Origin: Felis catus
Taxonomy: Eukaryota
Assembly (NCBI RefSeq): GCF_018350175.1
Contig: NC_058383.1
Span: 20,028,001 to 20,092,000 of the forward strand
DNA: 64,000 nucleotides
Direction of reading: 5' to 3'
Positions 60,557 through 64,000 of this stretch are shown piece after piece; within the stretch, counting starts at the first letter, position 1; each line of letters begins with the position of its first letter. Both the position numbers and the translations under genes were made by a program. The notes beneath the pieces are model-generated. The model was not told where the DNA came from, did not search any database, and saw only the letters and a list, made by a program, of their open reading frames with translations.

Positions 60557-62001
60557 AATGGTGCATATTTTCTGATAGCTCCAGCAAAAGCCCCCAGTTT
60601 GGCTCTGATGAGGATGTGTTGAATTGCATGCACACATTTAGAGACTGGCAGTGGGTTTCTAGAACTACATCAGTGGGAGTGGGGGAGGGGCTCCCCAATC
60701 AAGAGGGCATTTCCAGGACATGTGGAGAGATAGGTGTTGGGCAGGCAAAACCTATAGGGTTCTCAGGGGACTGAAACATTGGGCAAGCATTCTCAGATTT
60801 CTAGCCATCATCTGACCCTCCTTCCTCCCCCCTTCCTGTATCCTCCGGCCATCCATCCCTGTGGCCTTTGGCAAGGAGACACTGCTGTTCCATCTCGGCA
60901 GGGGTGCTGATCACCTGTCCGACCCTTGACCCTCGCATTCATGTCATATGGCGTGTCCGAGCCTCCCGGACCCCAGCCTCCGCCCTCACACCTCCACCTC
61001 TGTCCCTCTCTCTCTGCCTCTTGGCAACCACTCACCTATTCTCTTTTGACTCTCACTTGACTGGGGCGTGCTGACACTTTATTCTTTCTACCTCTTCTCC
61101 AGACCCTTGATTCCTTGGTTCTCTAGCGAAGCTCCGAGAAAGACTGCCATTCTGCTACTTCCCAGGAGCCATCCCCTTGTATTCCAGATGCTTCCCGTGC
61201 CATCCAGGGGACGGCAGACCTTGCCCAAAGCTTATCGGATGAGATCCGAGACTCTCAGGGTGTGCACCCTTAGGCGAGGGTCCTTTGAAACAAAATAGGG
61301 TAACTGGGGCAAACAGGGCTGAGCAGGGGGACAGAAGTTACTGCCTGGTGGGGTTCACAGGGCAGAATACTGAATGAGAGAGATTCATGGAGTGAGAGAA
61401 AGAGAGAGGGAGTGAGAAGGAGAGATGGGGGGGCAGAGGACCTTCCCCAAGTCTTCAGTTGTCTAAGGATCAGCATGTGGGTATCAGGAAACCACCTAAG
61501 AGCAAGGAAGAAACCACTGGAGAAGATCAGGGGAGCTGTCACTAGAGTTTCCAGAGGGCTGGGTATAGCTCCTGTTCCCACCAGCCAAAGTGGAAAACCT
61601 CCTCAAAACCGCAAAGCATTGGCTAAAAAGAGAATACTCAGCAGTCCAGCCTCACAGAGTTTAAAAGCACCCAAAACTCAAATTGTCCCACAGAATCTTT
61701 ATAGCACCCCTGAACAAAGTTCAGGAATATTTATAAGAGCACAAAACTATCCAGCACTCAACAACAGAGTCCACAACGGTCTGGCATTCAGCAACAAGAT
61801 TGCCAGGAATGCAAAGTAGTAGGAAAGCACGACCCATAAGGAGGGCGAATGTCAGGCAATGAAAGCCTACGAAGAAATGAAACACGTGGTAGAAATCACA
61901 GAAAAGGACATTAAAGGCGTTATAGTAGCTGCATTCCATATCGTCAAGGACCAAAAGAAAAATTAGGTACATTAACAGGAGATATGTAAGATAGAAGAAG
62001 A

Positions 62002-62192
62002 CAGGTAACCAGACAAAATTCAAGATGCCCAGTTAAGTCTGGATTTCAGAAAATCAGCGAATTTTTTTAGGTGTCTAACTATGCCCCACATACTGCGTAT
62101 AACATACGCATGCTACAAATTACCCACTGTTTATCTGAAATTCAGATATGACTTTGCATCTTGAATTTTTATTTGCTAAATCTGGCAACCTG
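62002..62192. mobile_element. MER53-like palindromic hAT MITE
   Basis: Inverted ends caggtaaccaga / tctggcaacctg; arms gatttcaga / tctgaaattc; about 190 bp long. Confidence 0.85.
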
Positions 62193-62245
62193 AAAAAAGA
62201 CCCAGATTGAACTTCTGGAGATAAAATCCACAGGGAATGTGACTG

Positions 62246-62247
<2 letters not shown>

Positions 62248-62287
<40 letters not shown>

Positions 62288-62985
62288 CATAATATATATA
62301 TATATATATATATTTATATTATGTATATAATATATATTACATATATATATATATATATAATATAATATATAATAATATATAATATTAATATATTAATTAT
62401 ATATTAATTAAAATTAAATTTATTTAAATTAAAATATATATTATATTAATATATTATATATTATATAATAATAATATAATAATAATATAATAATATATAA
62501 CATTATTAATTATATATATATATATTATATATATTATATATAGTACATATAGTATATATACTATATATACTATATATAATATAATTATATATTATATAAT
62601 TATATAATAATAATATAATAATAATATAATAATAATATAATATATATAATATATAATATATATAATATATATATAATATATATAATATATATATTAATTA
62701 TATATTATATATAATATAATAATATATAATATATAATTATATTATTATATATAATATATATATTATATATTATATAATATAATATAATTATATATAATAT
62801 ATATATAATATATAATATATAATATATAATATATAATAATAATATTATATATAATAATATAATTATATAATATAATTATATATAATATAATAATATATAA
62901 TATATTATAATATATAATATATAATATATTATATATTATTATATAGAATAATATATGTATAATATATAATAATATATATAATATA

Positions 62986-63031
<46 letters not shown>
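62248..63031. repeat. ~785 bp (TA)n/(TAA)n AT-rich array
   Basis: Almost exclusively A/T, with pure (TA)n at both ends. Confidence 0.99.
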
Positions 63032-63035
<4 letters not shown>

Positions 63036-63354
63036 GTGTAGATGTATATACCCCCTGGCTGGAATTAAGAGCAGATTAGATTTTGTAGAATAAAAGCTAA
63101 ATGAACTTGAAGACCTAGCAGTGAAAACTATCCAAAATCAAAGAGAGAAAAGGGGCTAGAAAAAAAAAATAGATGGGGCACAGCAACCTAATACACATTT
63201 AGTTGGAGTGGGTGCCCAAAGGGCAGAAGAAGGGGGATGGAGAAATAGGTACAAAAATAATGAGCAGAAAATGTCCATATCTGATGAAAATTATGAAGCC
63301 CCAGACAGAATGTGAGAAGGTACGACCACCAGTATCAAGAATGAAGAAGGTGCA

Positions 63355-63559
63355 AAGGCACCTGGGGGCTCAAAGCTCCCGACTTCAGCTCAGGTCATGA
63401 TCTCAACCCTTGTGAGTTCGAGCCCCACGTCCAGCTCTGTGCTGAGAGTGCAGAACCTGGAACCTGTTTCAGATTGTTTCCCCCTCTCTCTGCCCCTCCC
63501 CCATTGACACTCTGTGTCTCAAAAATAAACATTAAAAATTTTTTAAAAAATAATAAAAA
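63355..63559 (+). mobile_element. Can-SINE with partly deleted head
   Basis: Perfect TSD aagaatgaagaaggtg at 63337-63352 and 63560-63575. Confidence 0.94.
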
Positions 63560-64000
63560 AAGAATGAAGAAGGTGGACGTACAGAATCGCTATAGAGTTT
63601 ACAGTTACTGAGAGGACAGTAAAGACACAGCTAAACAAATGTTGACAGATTTGACAGCTCGGGTGCAATGGAAAATTCTTCGAAAGACACAAACTAGCAA
63701 ATCTCTCACTTTAGAAAAAAAAAACATCATGGGAATAATCTTAAATCTCTCAAAGAAATTGAATTTGGAATACAAACAAAGAAACTTTCAGGCCCAGATG
63801 GTTTAGTTGGTGAATTGTATAAAACATCTAATGAAGAAATGATATCAATTCTATTCAGGATCTTCTAGAAAACAGAGGAGGAAGAAATACATTCCAACTT
63901 GTTCTGTAAGGTCAAAATGACCCTGATGCAAAAACCAGGCAAAGGCGTCACATGGAAAAAAAAGTGCAGAACAATGCCTCTCGTGAGCTCTCATGCAAAA

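Larger units (their letters stand above)
61260..64000 (+). mobile_element. Ancient L1M remnant (5' region, ORF1 and ORF2 pieces), interrupted by MER53, an AT array and a SINE
   Basis: gcagattaga...atgaacttgaagac...gaaaactatccaaaat (ORF1-like); caggcccagatggtttagttggtgaattg...atcaattcta...aaaaccaggcaaag (ORF2 near RT). Confidence 0.8.

Noticed and set aside
1..64000. Assignment to a named gene locus
   Set aside because: No recognisable exon; the locus cannot be identified without an alignment search

Overview
Mammalian, almost certainly felid (cat-like), non-coding genomic DNA. The 19 tRNA-derived Can-SINEs include five near-identical young copies of the feline SINEC_Fc type with perfect target-site duplications (TSDs). 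I recognise no protein-coding exon, RNA gene or CRISPR array. The long ORFs in the track come from tandem repeats, and the rest look like SINE-derived or GC-rich chance frames. The window is an intergenic or deep-intronic mosaic of ancient repeats (MIR, L2, L1M, MaLR/ERVL LTRs, MER21, hAT elements MER5/20/53/58), large simple repeats (a ~1.07 kb pyrimidine tract, a ~670 bp GGAT array, a ~785 bp AT array) and several repeat-free, homeobox/FOX/SOX-motif-rich blocks that resemble developmental enhancers. The most unusual items are: a 39 x 30 bp indel-free, hairpin-forming minisatellite born inside an L2 and carrying a 403-codon ATG-initiated ORF; a tail-less 66 bp L1 ORF2 fragment between perfect 13 bp direct repeats; a CpG-rich patch that appears to be an L2 converted by AT-to-GC substitution; and templated-insertion scars. 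Repeat family names come from my memory of consensus sequences and need RepeatMasker/Dfam confirmation. I found no convincing new multi-gene system.
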